This document shows, piece after piece, positions 37,498-50,600 of a DNA stretch of 64,000 nucleotides (its first letter is position 1; the number at the start of each line of letters is the position of its first letter). The position numbers were made by a program, and so were the translations under genes. This DNA is from Amoebophrya sp. A120 (Eukaryota; Protista; Dinoflagellata). Location of the stretch: contig CAJINV010000004.1 in assembly GCA_905178155.1 (NCBI GenBank), positions 7,334,548 to 7,398,547 of the forward strand. Reading direction: 5' to 3'. The notes below the pieces were generated by a model. That model was not told where the DNA came from. It did no database searches and saw only the letters and a list, made by a program, of their open reading frames with translations.

Positions 37498-38508
37498 GCC
37501 GGCCGGATGAGAACTCAACCACATCTGTGGCGGATTGAAATCGGCCGGCCGGTCGTCCGGGTCCCCTTCTTCCCTCCTGGTCGACGGCCTCACTCTTCTT
37601 CTTGATTGTCACCCCCCAGCTGCGCAGTTTCACTTCTACGCAAAAAGCCCGAGCTTTGTCATGCAAAAGCTGCGGCAAGTGCCTAAAGCCAAGAAGCAGA
37701 AGCTGCGTTGTTTGCTACTTCTACTGCGAGTCGCCGGAAAAGACGATAAGCCTGGGGGCCCAGAGGATGGGGGCACAGCCCAACGCGGGCGCGCAGCGCT
37801 GGCTGAGTGACCATGCCGGCTGCGGCCGGGCGCCGACGAACCCCACCAGGAAGCAAAGCAACAGCGTACAACTTGCGCGCGCGGGCCATCCTGCTGCGCC
37901 GCCTTCGCGTGTGGGAAACGATAAAGATTGCTAGGGCGCCAGTAGCCCGGCGGAGGCACACATAAGCGCGGCCCAGGCCATTTGCATTGTCCCTGCTATC
38001 GGGTGGGGGCAGCTTTGGAGCCCGACGCGCCGCAGGATTCGGGCGCCGGCAGAAACAAAGGGCAGCGCGCGCGGCGCGTCGGAGATTGGTTGCCCGGCGC
38101 GCCGAGCGAGGCCCCGCCTCCCATCACGCAAGTCGGTGGACGCGCGAAGCGCGTCCGACCCGGATCCGGCGCATCTGCCAACTGTTGCGCCGAAGCAAGC
38201 ATGAGCCAGCGGAGAGGCGCGCGGACGCGCTTTCTGGGCCGCGGCCCGCGCGGGCGCGCACAATGCGCCACCTTTAAAATTTTCCAACTTCTGCCCCGCT
38301 GCATAGCGTAGCTTCTCTGTATTCACAGCAGGCGCGCGTAGCGTTTTTGTGTTGCACACGGCCCCCGGCGAAAGTGGAGTGAGGGAAGCGTCGGTCTCCA
38401 GCAGGCCGCCCCCCCCCCTTTCGCCCGAGCGAATGGCGGGCCAATTGACCAGGACGACCAGCCGGTCGATTTCCGCCGCTGATGTGGTTGAGTTCTCATC
38501 CGGCCGGC
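37498..38508. mobile_element. GC-rich ~1-kb element with ~60-bp imperfect terminal inverted repeats
   Basis: gccggccggatgagaactcaaccacatc...ggtcgtcc (37498-37558) is inverted at 38452-38508; no recognisable ORF. Confidence 0.7.
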
Positions 38509-39169
38509 TCAAGAAGATCAATTGGAAAACTACGTGGTCACAACTGATAGGTCAGATCAGATCAGAATATTACCGTTCGGTATGCTCGCACTCGTTGGTG
38601 CGGCGGTACAACAGTTTTTTGGAGAGAAACTCAACAGACACCCAGTGAGAGATAGATAGATAGATAGAGCTGGACGGACTAGTGGACAGAGAAACGACGA
38701 AAGAGAGCTATAGTGGGCCACTACCTGTACTCAAAAATAAAAAAACGTTGATAAAAAGTAAAGGAAAAAGGACATCTTACGACCTTAATTGAGAACTAGC
38801 CTTTTTGTTACAGTTATACTCGTGAGCGAAAAATACAATTTTAGATGGGGACCAGGCGGCGAGCTGTGCGAGATCTACTTTTTGAACCTTTTGTAGTGAG
38901 GAGAACTAACTTTTTCACGTATTTTTCGGACCATAGCATGCGGACAAGGCGAGACGTTTCTACTGGAACAAGGTGTAGACGAGCGCTTTAGCGGGGAGAT
39001 AATAATACTTCTACTTACCACTAAAAAAGCGCACGCTTTTCCATACACAAACTTCTCACCTCCTGCAGCAACACGACCCTCACTTCCGCTCGCTCGTATG
39101 TCTGCGTATTGGTAGAAAAGCACAGGCGGAACTCGCATCAGGCATCGTGATTTACTACGCAATCCCGCT

Positions 39170-39450
39170 CCCTGCGGTAGCGCCAGTTGGATATTCCGCC
39201 GCATGATGCGGATGACCAACTCGTAGCAACAGGCGAAATCGCTCGGACTGCGACGATCGCCCTCAGCAAAGCCGGAGCTCAGGTAGTAGACTTCACTCAG
39301 TCCCCGCGACGTGCGGCAGCGGTAGCGTGTCAACAGGTGGAGACGGCGCGCCGCCATCCCGTACGCTGTACCTTCCAAACCCCAGACCTGGAGCAACTTT
39401 TTGAAAACTGCCTGCGGAAAAGACGGATACGCCTTCTGCACAACCCCCTC
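39170..39450 (-). mobile_element. Non-LTR retrotransposon reverse transcriptase fragment
   Basis: VQKAYPSF...LLQVWG...TRYRCR...GLSEVYYLSSGFAEGDRRSPSDFACCYELV matches the RT motifs DxxKAFD and GxxQGDPLSPxLF in degenerate form; no YADD seen downstream. Confidence 0.7.
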
Positions 39451-41650
39451 CAGAATAGGAGGAGGCCTCCAGAAATAGGGGGAAGAAGATCAATTGGAAA
39501 ACTACGGGTTCACAACTGAATAATGATAGGTAAAAATGGCGAACAAGAGGGTGGGAATCCAGACCGAATTGCAAATCCGAAAAACAGGAAAATGCAGCAG
39601 GTGCCACACTCATGTCGATGATCCAGATCCATATTTATTGAGAAGGGTTGACGATACGCCTCCTTCTACCCCTTCCTCGTTCTATCTGAAGAACCTCCCG
39701 CAATCCCATGCTCGTCACACTCTAGCTTTTATAGGAGGGGAGCTTTTTTCTTGTCCTTGGAGGTGTACAACTTCTTACATATACATGATCATCTTTATGA
39801 AATAAAGCTTGAGCTCCGATTCTGGATTGCCTTTCATGATCGATCGCTGCTTCCTCAAACCTACTTGCAAGCGGCCCCGTCTCAGAAGCGACGTGACACA
39901 CTCCTAGAGAAAAAGAACAAGATGCTGAGCAGCCTTCAAGAACTGCAGGCTGTGTCAGTCCTCTCGGAACGGTGGTAGTCGTGCAAACAATTCGGATTGT
40001 TGAGACAAGGTGCGGGCTTGATTTTTTAGTGCCACCTTCCGTGTATGGTAATAACTGCGGAGTTTTTCCTGGAGTTGTCCCTCCACAGCTGCAGATGAGA
40101 GAGCCAGCAGAAGCACGAGCAGCACCAGGTTGTTAATGTGATGCGTGCCACACGCATGTGGAGTCAAAGTAATCTGGTGTCGTTTATTTGTTTCGAACTG
40201 AACAAGCGAAGTATTTAGCAAAATAAATCGCGATCGAGGCGAAACTCGCTCGCATTATTGATGATTACATGCGGAAGTATCGAATTTGTGTAGTACACGT
40301 CGGCAGCACATCATATTGCAGTTTCGGTGCCGGCTAGATGAGGTGAGAAAGCGTCGAAAATCTGGGACGTTGTATTTACATTTACTTTTTCTAAGTCTAA
40401 CTCTAGCTAGTACGTAAAAAACATTTCTCATCTAGGATGATTGATGCTTGGTTGAAGTACCAAAGCAGGAACGCAAGGGGCTCCTGTGTTCGCTGCATAA
40501 GGTACTGTACGATTTATTAGCCGGAATTAGATGATCAAAGAGTTACGACCGAAATTGAAGCCTTCGAAAAAATCCGTGGAAAAACTTTTCGGAAAACCCC
40601 AAAAAGCGGTCGTCTCTGTGGTTGTAAGGTCGTTTTTGAGTGCTAGAACTAACAGTAGATCTTTCGAAATGAATATGAACCACTCTTCTACATTTTAAAT
40701 TCCGCATGCGGTGAGACAAAAGAAAGGCGAAAGTAGCACAAGTAGTCGTGCAGTGCTGATGTAGGTGTAGCATATTAGTCGCTTGGTATTTTTTATCTGG
40801 GAGGACGATGAGCAGGTAGTACCTACAGTTGTGAACCCAATATCGCTTTAAGTAAATACTTACATTCTTGTCGTACAGCTGCAAAAATCTTAATTTACAA
40901 CATGTTGGTCGTTCGTTTGGTAGTTGGTATAGCTTTAGCTTGTTCTTTACTTTCATCTGTTGATGCTCCTGTATACATTGCCATTGATATTTGTACTCCT
41001 ACTCATTATAATTGATTCTGCCGTTCCAAAAAATCTGTTCTTTTTTTTGCAGCGATTCGATAAAAGCTTTTGTAGGCCGTTTCTGCTACAAGTGCTTACT
41101 TCCTCGAAGTAAGAACATGAGCCGGGTCGTGCGCGCCGTGCGTCGGCGTCTCCACTTGATCGATGTGCGTTCGCTTTTTTCGACTTCGCATAAATCTAAA
41201 GGAGATACTGATACAATGTGTACAGATTTTTCCATGTTGGGTCAGCATCTTCATGGAAGTCGCATGATCAGTGGAACAGAATCGTCGCTAGGTTTATTCC
41301 GGTTCGGGGACTACATGCAGAACAAAGACTAGAACTACACGCGTCCCGCGCCGATTGTCGTCTTAATTCGTAACACTCAACAGTAAAAGCAAAAGTAGAA
41401 AAGGAAAAGCAAAAAGAATCTCCTGAAAAATTAAGCCGTATTAAACCATCCTTCCATCTGCCACTCTTCGTCTTCCCATCCTATCATCTATTAATACAAC
41501 ACACGCACTTTGACAACTTTCGTTCTCCCAAGAACGCTATTTACGAGTACAACTATGCAGCCATGGTTGCGGTTTCCATTTCCTGTTGTCCGTCGAGGAC
41601 CAGCACACCACGACGGTGGAGTAGATGACCGGTGAGGCAACAGAAGTCGC

Positions 41651-44600
41651 CTACAGATCCTTCTTGTCATCAATCTTTTCAACAGAAGAAGGAACTACTG
41701 GTACTATTGGCGCTGGTAGTGCCGGAGATGCCTCCTCGTCGCGACTTCCTTTTGTCTTTTCGTCCGCTGTCAGAGACGACGTTGCAGTAGTAGAATTATC
41801 TGTGGCCGCGCCAGCAGTCGCCGTTGCGGGCTTCATGATCCCCTTCTCGTCTGTCGTCGCTGCTGCAGAAGTGCTGTTGGTCGCAGGTGCGGCTGCCTCG
41901 CAACTATTCACCGTGCTAGCCGCAGGAAGTGATGGCTTTTTTGCACTGGTTCCAGATGACTTGTTCTCATGTACTTCCGCAGCGACTGTACTAGAATCCT
42001 TTGCCGAAGCCGTAGCCCTGGTTGCGGACATTTTGCTGCTCCCTGTAGTTGCTTCACCTCCTGCACTATTGTTCTTCTCCGGAACTGCCTCGTGGTGCTT
42101 GCCCTCGAGCAATAACTTCGACGTTGCGGTCGCGCTAGTAGTGGCAGAGGCTGCATTTATGGTCGCTGTTTGCGGTTTTTGCTTTTCTCCGAAAGTTTTG
42201 TCCAACACCAAGGATGCAGAAGTTGCTGGTGCAAGAACAGGTGGCGCCTTTATTCCTATCTTCCCGAGCGCCTCCTTCGCAGATGCCAGGACCGCCCTCG
42301 CAGAAGATCGTCCCGAAGAACTACAAGTAGACGTTGGTACTACTATCCCCGCAGCACCAGCTGGTGCACCCAACTTGCTCCCCTGCAAAGATTTTCTGCT
42401 CGGCAACTTCTGCAGCGCAGCTTTCTGCACACCTCCACCTATGGCTGCAGCACCACCCCCGCCACGTTGAGGGAGTTTCTGCAGGGGTCCGATCTTCATC
42501 TGCCCGCGTGGCGGTAGCTTCTGCAGTTTATTCGTTGCACCAGCAGCTCCCTTCGAACATGTTTTGCTCACGAACGTGACCTCAGCCGAGTCCGCATCCT
42601 CGTCGTGATCTAGCAGCTCTTGGTTTGATGTTTTCGCAGATGATGTGGCTTGTTTTTGTCTATCTCCTTTGACCTTTTTCAATTTCATCCCAGAAGTGGA
42701 GCTGCTGCTTCCTCCAGCGGTGTTGCTACTGTTCGCCTTTTGATGTTGCGCGCTCAACGTCGTGGCATGCTGTTGTACAGCCAAAGTAGATTGAATGTTG
42801 TCCTTGTTTATTCCACTAGTACCCGTAGTGCTGGTCCTTCTCTTCTTACTTGCTGCACTAGTACCCGAACGCGTAGCTCCCGCCGCTCGATTACTCGTCG
42901 CCCCACTTCTCGTCTTGCTGCTCTGCTGCGCAAGCACCTGCTCCGTGCTGCGGGTCTTGCTTCCCCGAACAACTGCCCTAGAGCTTTTGTCCTGCTCCCG
43001 ACTTCTCTTCCGCTTGATTGCCGGCGGCAGTGGCTCTTCGTCCTCGGTTTTCGTGCCCTCGAGATTTAAGGATTTGTCGCTCTTCGAAGTTGTCGCGGTC
43101 TTATCTTCCATTTCGTCCGACCCAACACAACTACCGGACCGCCTGCGACCGCCACTTGAAGTTGTTTTATTCCGGGTCTTCTTGTGCTTCTTGTGGTCCT
43201 TGTCACGATGTTGACCAGTACAACTCCTGGAACTTTGCAGCCCTCGATCCTCCTTGTCTTTAGTGCCATTTCCTTCGTTCTTGGAACTGGACGACTTTTT
43301 GTGCTTCTTCTCCTTTTTCTTTCCGCTGCTCAAATGCTGAGCGTTCTTCCGCGCCTTTAAATCACGGTGCCTGGGGATGCGCGGTGAATTGATCACCGGC
43401 TCAATCCGCATACTGGGGTCGTCAAACGCATTTGTCTGGGGCTTTTCACCACGCCGCCGCTTGGGTTCGTGCTTGGAAGAAGAGGTCGTCCGGGTGGTCG
43501 GCTGCTGCTGCTGCTGTTGTGCGGCCGCGGCGGAGAATTCCTGCTCGGGCGCTGCATTTTTAATACCGGCGATAACGCTGGCGACATCCTTGTCTTTCGA
43601 AGAAGTAGTACCTGGAGGTGGGGCATCAATGAAATGTAGGTGGTTTCGGCGAGAGCGAAATTTGCTCCTGCGAGTTCAATTACTTCGAGGGCGAACGACT
43701 GATGTGATTCTGATTCCTCCACTAGAACCAAAAACTCCATACACGACGACCACTACCGAACAAAGATCAAAAAAAGTAGACCTTCTACAACCCACTGTAT
43801 TTACATGTAAGTAAGTACCTTCTTTTCCCGCCCCCGATGCCGCCGACAGTTCCACCTGCCTTCTTGCTGCATCCTTCGCTGCGCTGATCTCCGCGTTTCG
43901 TCGCGAAAACTCCGTTTCAATCACTGGCGAAGTCCGGTTGCTCCGCGCGCCGCCTCGGTCACGACTTCGGTTATTGTTCATTGGCGAGCCACCTCCCGAA
44001 GATCGCCTCCTGCCCCTGGAATTACAATCTTTGTTACCCCGACCACCTCCTCCGCGGTGCCGTCTTCTGGACCTCGAGCGCTTGTTGTGGCCCCCGTGCC
44101 GGCGCGTGGAGCCGTGTGATGAAGGTCCACCTCTTGTCCGGTCGCGGTCTCGGTGGTGACTGTGATCGCGTCGACTGTGGTGTCCTCCTCTGTGCCCGCG
44201 GTCGTAGTGGTGTCCTGCTCGGTGCGCCCGGCGGTTGGTCGTGTCTTGGTGTCGCCCGGAATTGGAACTGGAATGCTTGGAACTGAGTTGTTGTAACTCT
44301 GCTGCACTATTGTTTCCGGGGTTCAAGATGTTGCTCCCCCCTCGACCAGTTGCTCCTCCGCGCCCTCGGGAAACCGAGGAATGATTTCGGCTGTCGCGAA
44401 TCGCAGCGGTTTGCATCATCTGTTGGTCCTTATTTCCACCTGCTACATCTTCTTTTCGAGCTGCAAGGACCTCCGCCGCAGGTTCTCCTGCTCTACCTTG
44501 GCTGTTATTCTTCTGCTTTCCCCTGGACTTGCTGCTGCTCGCAACGCTTAGTAACTCGGGAGATGATAGAATCTCTTGCTGGTGCATATTATCCTTGTCA

Positions 44601-47600
44601 TTTGGTACAATAGCCGCAGCAGAAGATGATTTGTCTAGTTTCGCCTTCTTGTTCTGTTCATTCTTGCAGTCTTTCAACATCGCGTCTGCATTTGGTGTCA
44701 GCTGCACCTTCAGTTTCTTCTTTTCCTTCCCCCCCGCCGGTGCAGCTGCTGGCGTCTCCAATAGATCAGGACTGCTGGTGCTAGTTGCACCACGACCGTA
44801 GAAGTCGCTGATGGCGTAGGGATTGGCTGTTTGCACGTTGTACGCGCGCTCGGACTGCCGCTGTTGGATTTCTATAAACTGCAAAAGTATCGCACTACTA
44901 GTATAAATTGCATTACAAATTCCCCCAGCATTACAAATTCAATTTGTAATGCTGATTTACCTTGAGAAAGTAGAGATTTGTAATGCAGAAATGCAATAAT
45001 TGCTACGAGTACGATACTTTTGCACAGGATAATTTCCAAGATCTTGTTGTCCTCGTCGTTCTCGTGCATAATTTCCTCATCGCCTTCTTCTTCACTGTCC
45101 TCCTCGCCTTTGTCTACTTGGCTCGATCTCGATTTGTCCTCATCAAGATCTGGATTTTTTCGATTTGCAGGAACACTATCCTGTTCTTTTGCATCAGCAG
45201 AAGATTTTTTGGTCGCTTCTTCTTCGCCTTCGTGTTGTTCCCCATCCCGCTTTTTGCTTTTCGGAGCTGAACCGGCGGCACCGTCGTCAGCGCAGAGAAC
45301 TGCGGTTTTTTCTCCAGCTACTGACTTTGTCTTGTCCAGCTTTTTCATCTCCTGCTTGTTGTTCTCGGCTTTGCTTGCTTCTTTTTGTTCAACATCTGCC
45401 GCAGTGTCTACTTGTTGTTCAACATCACCGCCTTTGGACGACTCTCCACCATCGGAAGCATTATCCTTAGCAGCTTTGTCCTTCTTTGTCTTCGATCCAG
45501 ACTTTTTTCTCTTTTTCTTCGCGCCAGTTGGATTGCTAGAAGCTGCGCTCTTATGCAAGAAAAAAACATTGCCAAGTGTAACTTTGTGATGCGCACCAGC
45601 GACTACACGGATGCTCGTGTGTGTCAACTACATGCTGGGCATGCATTGTAGAGTCCATAATCCAAGTGCGTTTTATTCGCGTGCTATTTGCGCATGACGG
45701 ATCTTAACCCTGCTCATGCCAAACAGATTTGCAATGCTGTTTCTCCAAAAAAGTTACACTTACATCTACAATCTTTTTTTCTTGGATAGCTCTGCACCGG
45801 CATCCACGTGCCATACACCGGATCCCATACCGCTCCCTTCTTTCCCGCGCTGCCTTTCGACGAAGCCAGTGTGCTGGTCGACGCGGAAGTAGTCGCGGTG
45901 GCCATATGGCCCGCCGCAGCTCCGTAGTACCCACCTCCATAGGGGTATATGCATTGCAAAAGTATCGTACTCGTATAAATGCATTACAAATTTTCCTAGC
46001 ATGAGAAATAGAATTTGTAATGCGGATTTACCTTAAGAAAAAGATTTGTTATGCAAGACTTGCATTTATACGAGTACGATACTTTTACACAGGATAGGGT
46101 AGTGGTGGTGCTGATGCCCGTGCATGGCTCCGGGAACCACGCCACCGTACGGCCCTGCTGCGCCGAACATGGCTGCTGGGTTTGCGGCGCCCATGTGGTT
46201 GTACGCAGCAGCCGCACCTTTGTGATGGTGCGCCATGGGATGATGATGGTGATGTGCGGCATGATGATGATGATGATACGGGTAGCCCGTGGCCGGGTTG
46301 ATCAGATGCGCCGGGTTCATCATCCCGCCAGGTGCACCAGTTCCTGCGCCGCCCTTCAACGAATTAGGACCACCACCGCCCTTACCGCCGCCAATGTGCT
46401 GCTGATTCAACAAGCCCGCGAGCAAACTTGGGTTTTGGGCGAGCAGATTGGAAAGCTTGTTCTTCTTTTTCTTCTTCTTCTTTTTCTCCTTCTCGCTGTC
46501 AGAGGAATTATCCGATGGGGATCTGTTGCGCTTCTTATTTTTCTGCTCTTTAGATGTCGCATTCTTGGCTGTCTGGTCCCCCGGCGGCGCGGGTTCTTGT
46601 TCTACTTTGGTCGAATTCATTTTGTGGGATGAAGATTCTTGGTTAGAAACGGCCGGTGTTGGCTCGTCCGCCGAACTCTGCGACGGCGACGCGATGCCGA
46701 TTTCGTCGACGACAGAGTTAATTTCACTGCTGTCGTCTTTCGCAGAGGCTTTCTCTTGCTCTTCTATTTTGCCCGTCGTGTGGTCAAACTTGTCCTTCTC
46801 GTGGTTTTGGTTGTCCTCACAAGTAGAAGTCGCCGGATTTTTTGCAGCTCCTCCTTCACCCCCCAGGGAATGCGACGGGTCGATGACCAAGGAAGAGGAG
46901 GCGGACGGCGAAGATGCTTTGTTGTTTTGTCCAACTAGAAGTAGATTATCACCATCTTCGGGCTTGTCCACCTTATTTCCACCTGCCTGCTCATGGGAGG
47001 TATTCTCCACCAGCGTCGGCAGCTTTCCCGCTTTCATTTGTGCTTTTTCCTGCTCGAGCTGTAGTTTCATCCGTTCCAATTCCCTTTTCTGCTCCTCGAA
47101 TTTTTCCCGCTGCTTTTTTTGCTTTTCCTTTTTCTTCTGTTTCTTTTTCTTTTTCCGCCGGTTTGAGGAGCCTTCGTCGGAATCGGAGCTGTCAGAGCTG
47201 GAAGAACTACTCTCGGAACTGCTGCTGTTCTCGGAACTGGTAGATCTCCGGTTTTTCTTCTTCTTGTTATTGTTCCCTTGCTTGTAAAAAGATGAGAAAA
47301 GCATGTCCTGCAACGGGTCTTTTTTGTTCAACTGACTGTGGAGCTGCTGCTGTTGATGGCCTTGATGTTGCGCATGCTGCACGGCCCCTTGATTATTAAT
47401 TTGCTGCTGGTTGTGGCTCATCATGCTCGCGTTTTTCCCGCCCACTGCCGCCGCCGCCGCCGCTGCCGCCATCATGTTGCTGTAGTTCGCATAGTTAGTA
47501 GCTCCGGCAGCGTTGTTGTTCATGCCGCTCGCATGCGGTCCATTTGTTCCGCTAGAACCGGCTCCCCCACCGCTTCCCAAATGATGCGAAATGCTTGCCG

Positions 47601-50600
47601 CGGGCTTGCCCCGTTGTTCGGAGCCTATACCTCCTCCTGTGGAACTACTATTACCCGGCGCGGGCGGTGGCAGCAGGTAATTGGTGGAATAGGTTCCGTG
47701 CTGGCCCTGGGAATTCTGATTTGCCAAGTTTATTGTGTTGATTCCCGCACTGCCATTGTAGCTGGCCGTCGTGTTCGCCGGAAAAGTTGATTTTGGGTTG
47801 GCAGAAAGATTCATCGGGGTGTTCATGTTCTGCTGAAACGGCAGTTGTTGCCCTTGTTGCCCACCAGCATGATGTTGTTGTTGACCGAGTAGAGCAGGAC
47901 CACCTTGTTGCTGTTGCATCAACTGCGGATTCTGTTGCGGGCCCACGACCTGCTGTGCTGGCAACTGATGTTGTACTGAGCCTGCCCCGGTCGGGTTTGG
48001 AGGTGCGTTTGGATTGAAATTCTGGGCAGAGCTGCCCTGATGAAAAGAAGAGGATGAGCAAGCAGCTGCGTTAGGATCATTCGAGGCCGCGTTCTGTAGA
48101 AGTACTTGCGGCAGCTGCGGACCAGGCATGGTCGTAGCTGTGTTTTGCTGACTTAGATTTTGGCTCGGAAGACTTTCGTCCACCACGCCTGCAGAACTTG
48201 CTTGCAGCTGCGACGAGGATCCAGTAGGACTGGTTCGGTGCTGACCAAACGTCGGGTGAGGAATGCTGAGGACATTCGGTCTACTGCTCGAAGCTCCTCC
48301 TGCTGTGCCCGTACTAGTATCGTGTGCCTGGTGCTGCTGCTGCTGCACTCCCGAAGATGCACCACCAGATGAACTCCCTTCCTGCAACAAGCCGACTCCG
48401 GGCAGCTGACAGATGGGGGTACTCGCTTTTGGCGTGGCAGCGGGGATAAATTTCGTGATCGTGTTGCCAGCAGCTGCATTCATCGTGTTGTTCCCAGACA
48501 GGGCACCTGACTTGCCACCCCCAGCACTGTTTATTCCTGCTGCCGGTCCGACACTAGTAGCCGGCGCGGGAAAACCCAGGGGAAGCAAAGAACCAGCACC
48601 GCTCTGCATCTGCTGCTGTGCGGCCTGTCCAGCCAGATTTGCCATGGTGTTGGAAAGCGTGCGGGTGCGCTCCCGGGCGGCATAATCCACTACTGGGGAC
48701 TTGGACTTAGCAACTGTTGCGGCATTCAGGGGTAACAAGGCGCTGGATGAATTTGTGCTGCTCATTGAAGACGCGGTGGGAAAGGTGCTCGTTGTACTAG
48801 TTGCGGTCAAAGAAGGACCAGCAGTACTACCGGCTGCAGTGCTCGCCGCAGACGCGAGCGGCATCATACTGCCTTGGTCCCCGCAAGTAGAGGCGTTTCC
48901 GCTGCTGTCCATGGAAAGCGCAGTAGCTCGGGGAATCATCTGGTTCATCGTCGACACCACCTGCTGGTTTGACATCAAACCGGTATTAAGGTTCTGCTGT
49001 TGCTGCGTGTAGTTTTGCTGCGGTTGGCTCGTCGCAGGGGCCCCTAGAAGTAGTGGCTGCAGTCCACCCGAAGAAGATGAGCAAGCAGGAGAGCCTCCAG
49101 GCACCTCTCCTCCTCCTCCTCCACCATGGCCACCTTGCAATGAACCTTTCCCAAAACTTTGTTCCTTGCTCCACGAGTGCTGCAGCTTTCCGCCCATTTT
49201 ATTCGTCCCGTGGAACTTGGATGACTTGAAATTGTTGTTCTCCTTCATGCAGCCGTTGAGGAGCATTGGGTCGTGTGCAAATTTTCCCCCAGCATGTAGC
49301 TGCTGCTGTAATCCACCCTTCATCGACGTTCCAGGTTGATGCTGACCACAACTCACTGAGCCGCCAAACACCTCCTCAACACCAGCCGCCGTACTTGTTG
49401 TTCCAAAGTTGTGCTGGCTTGCGATCTCGTTGGCCCGCTGAATCAATACGTGCCCCTTCAATGTCCGTTGCGTTGGGATGGGGCCATTCGGACCATCCTG
49501 CAGAGTCCCGACTGGCAGAGGCAGTGCTGGCATGGCGTCTTTACAACTACCGGAGGAAGCTGAGGCTAAAAATGACGTCGACGGCGCTCCTGCAGGAGCA
49601 GAAGTACTAGGGCCCGCTGCTCCGCCTAGCGGAATCATGTTTGGATTGATATTCGTGCTACTAGAAGCTGATGAAGCTGCACCAGGATCGGGGAAAGGTT
49701 TGTTGCTCAGTACTAAATTATTGTTCACCATCAAAGAGCTGCTCGAACTGCTACCCAACCCCATCGGGGTAGTCGACCGCTCCGTCGACGCTGGCGTTGG
49801 GCCACCACAGAGAGAAGCTGCGCTGCCGGTCGTCGCACTGGAGAGTGCCATATGGATTGCAAATATGTCTGGGTCTGGAAACTTGTAATGCTAAAAGTGA
49901 ATGATAAACGCACAGCAATACGCAGCCACGCATGACAATTTTTTTGGCTGTCATGTCTTACGTATTCCGCATGGCAAGCTGCGTTTTTGCATGACAGGCA
50001 AGAGGGCCTTCTCGTGGCTGTGCAACACAGACTCTCGAGTCATGACAGACAAGCATGACAAACTTCCCTTCTTCCAGACCACCCAGACATTTTTGCATTT
50101 GATATGCCACAGAGTTTTGCAAGAACTTGTTCGCATTAGCCCGGTTCGCCAAGGTAGTTGTATATCCCACAGAAAAAAGCTGACAGGGCATATTTGTAAT
50201 GCAAAAATAAATACACAGAAAAATCTGCATTGCATATCTGAAACAGCATGCTCTGGGGCCAAGCATGACAGATTTTTTTGTCTATTTATTTTTGCATTAC
50301 AACTATGACCTGCCCGTTTTTTTCTGTGTGATATTGTAGTAGCCGCGCAAGAAGAAGTACTGGAACTTGGCGTGTTTGCGGCTACGACCACCTGGGAAGA
50401 TGAGCAGGACAGTGCATGTGTAGTAGATGAAGTGCTGGCACCAGTTGCATTCCCATTTGAATTATTCGCCGCCAATGTATTGATCCCCTGTTGCGCAACC
50501 AACAAGTCCCCAGGTGGGTTACTCGCACACGACGATGATATTGCAGCTGCACCAGTTCCGGCAGGAGCCGTTGGCACTACCATCTTTTTTGTCACCGTGC

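Larger units (their letters stand above)
30615..39647 (+). repeat. Array of seven co-oriented copies of a junction sequence separating unrelated captured fragments
   Basis: (GGGGGAAG)AAGATCAATTGGAAAACTACGTGGTCACAACTG... at 30615-30630 (partial), 31728-31764, 33138-33171, 35539-35711, 37392-37444, 38511-38551 and 39478-39647. Confidence 0.92.

Noticed and set aside
30615-39647. CRISPR array or integron interpretation of the repeat-spacer structure
   Set aside because: Spacers are about 1-2.4 kb and irregular, repeats are variably truncated, no cas or integrase genes are present, and the context is eukaryotic.
39700-41400. Short minus-strand ORFs (39955-40221, 40543-40956) as a gene
   Set aside because: Frames are interrupted by stops, there are no recognisable motifs, and I could not build a consistent exon chain.
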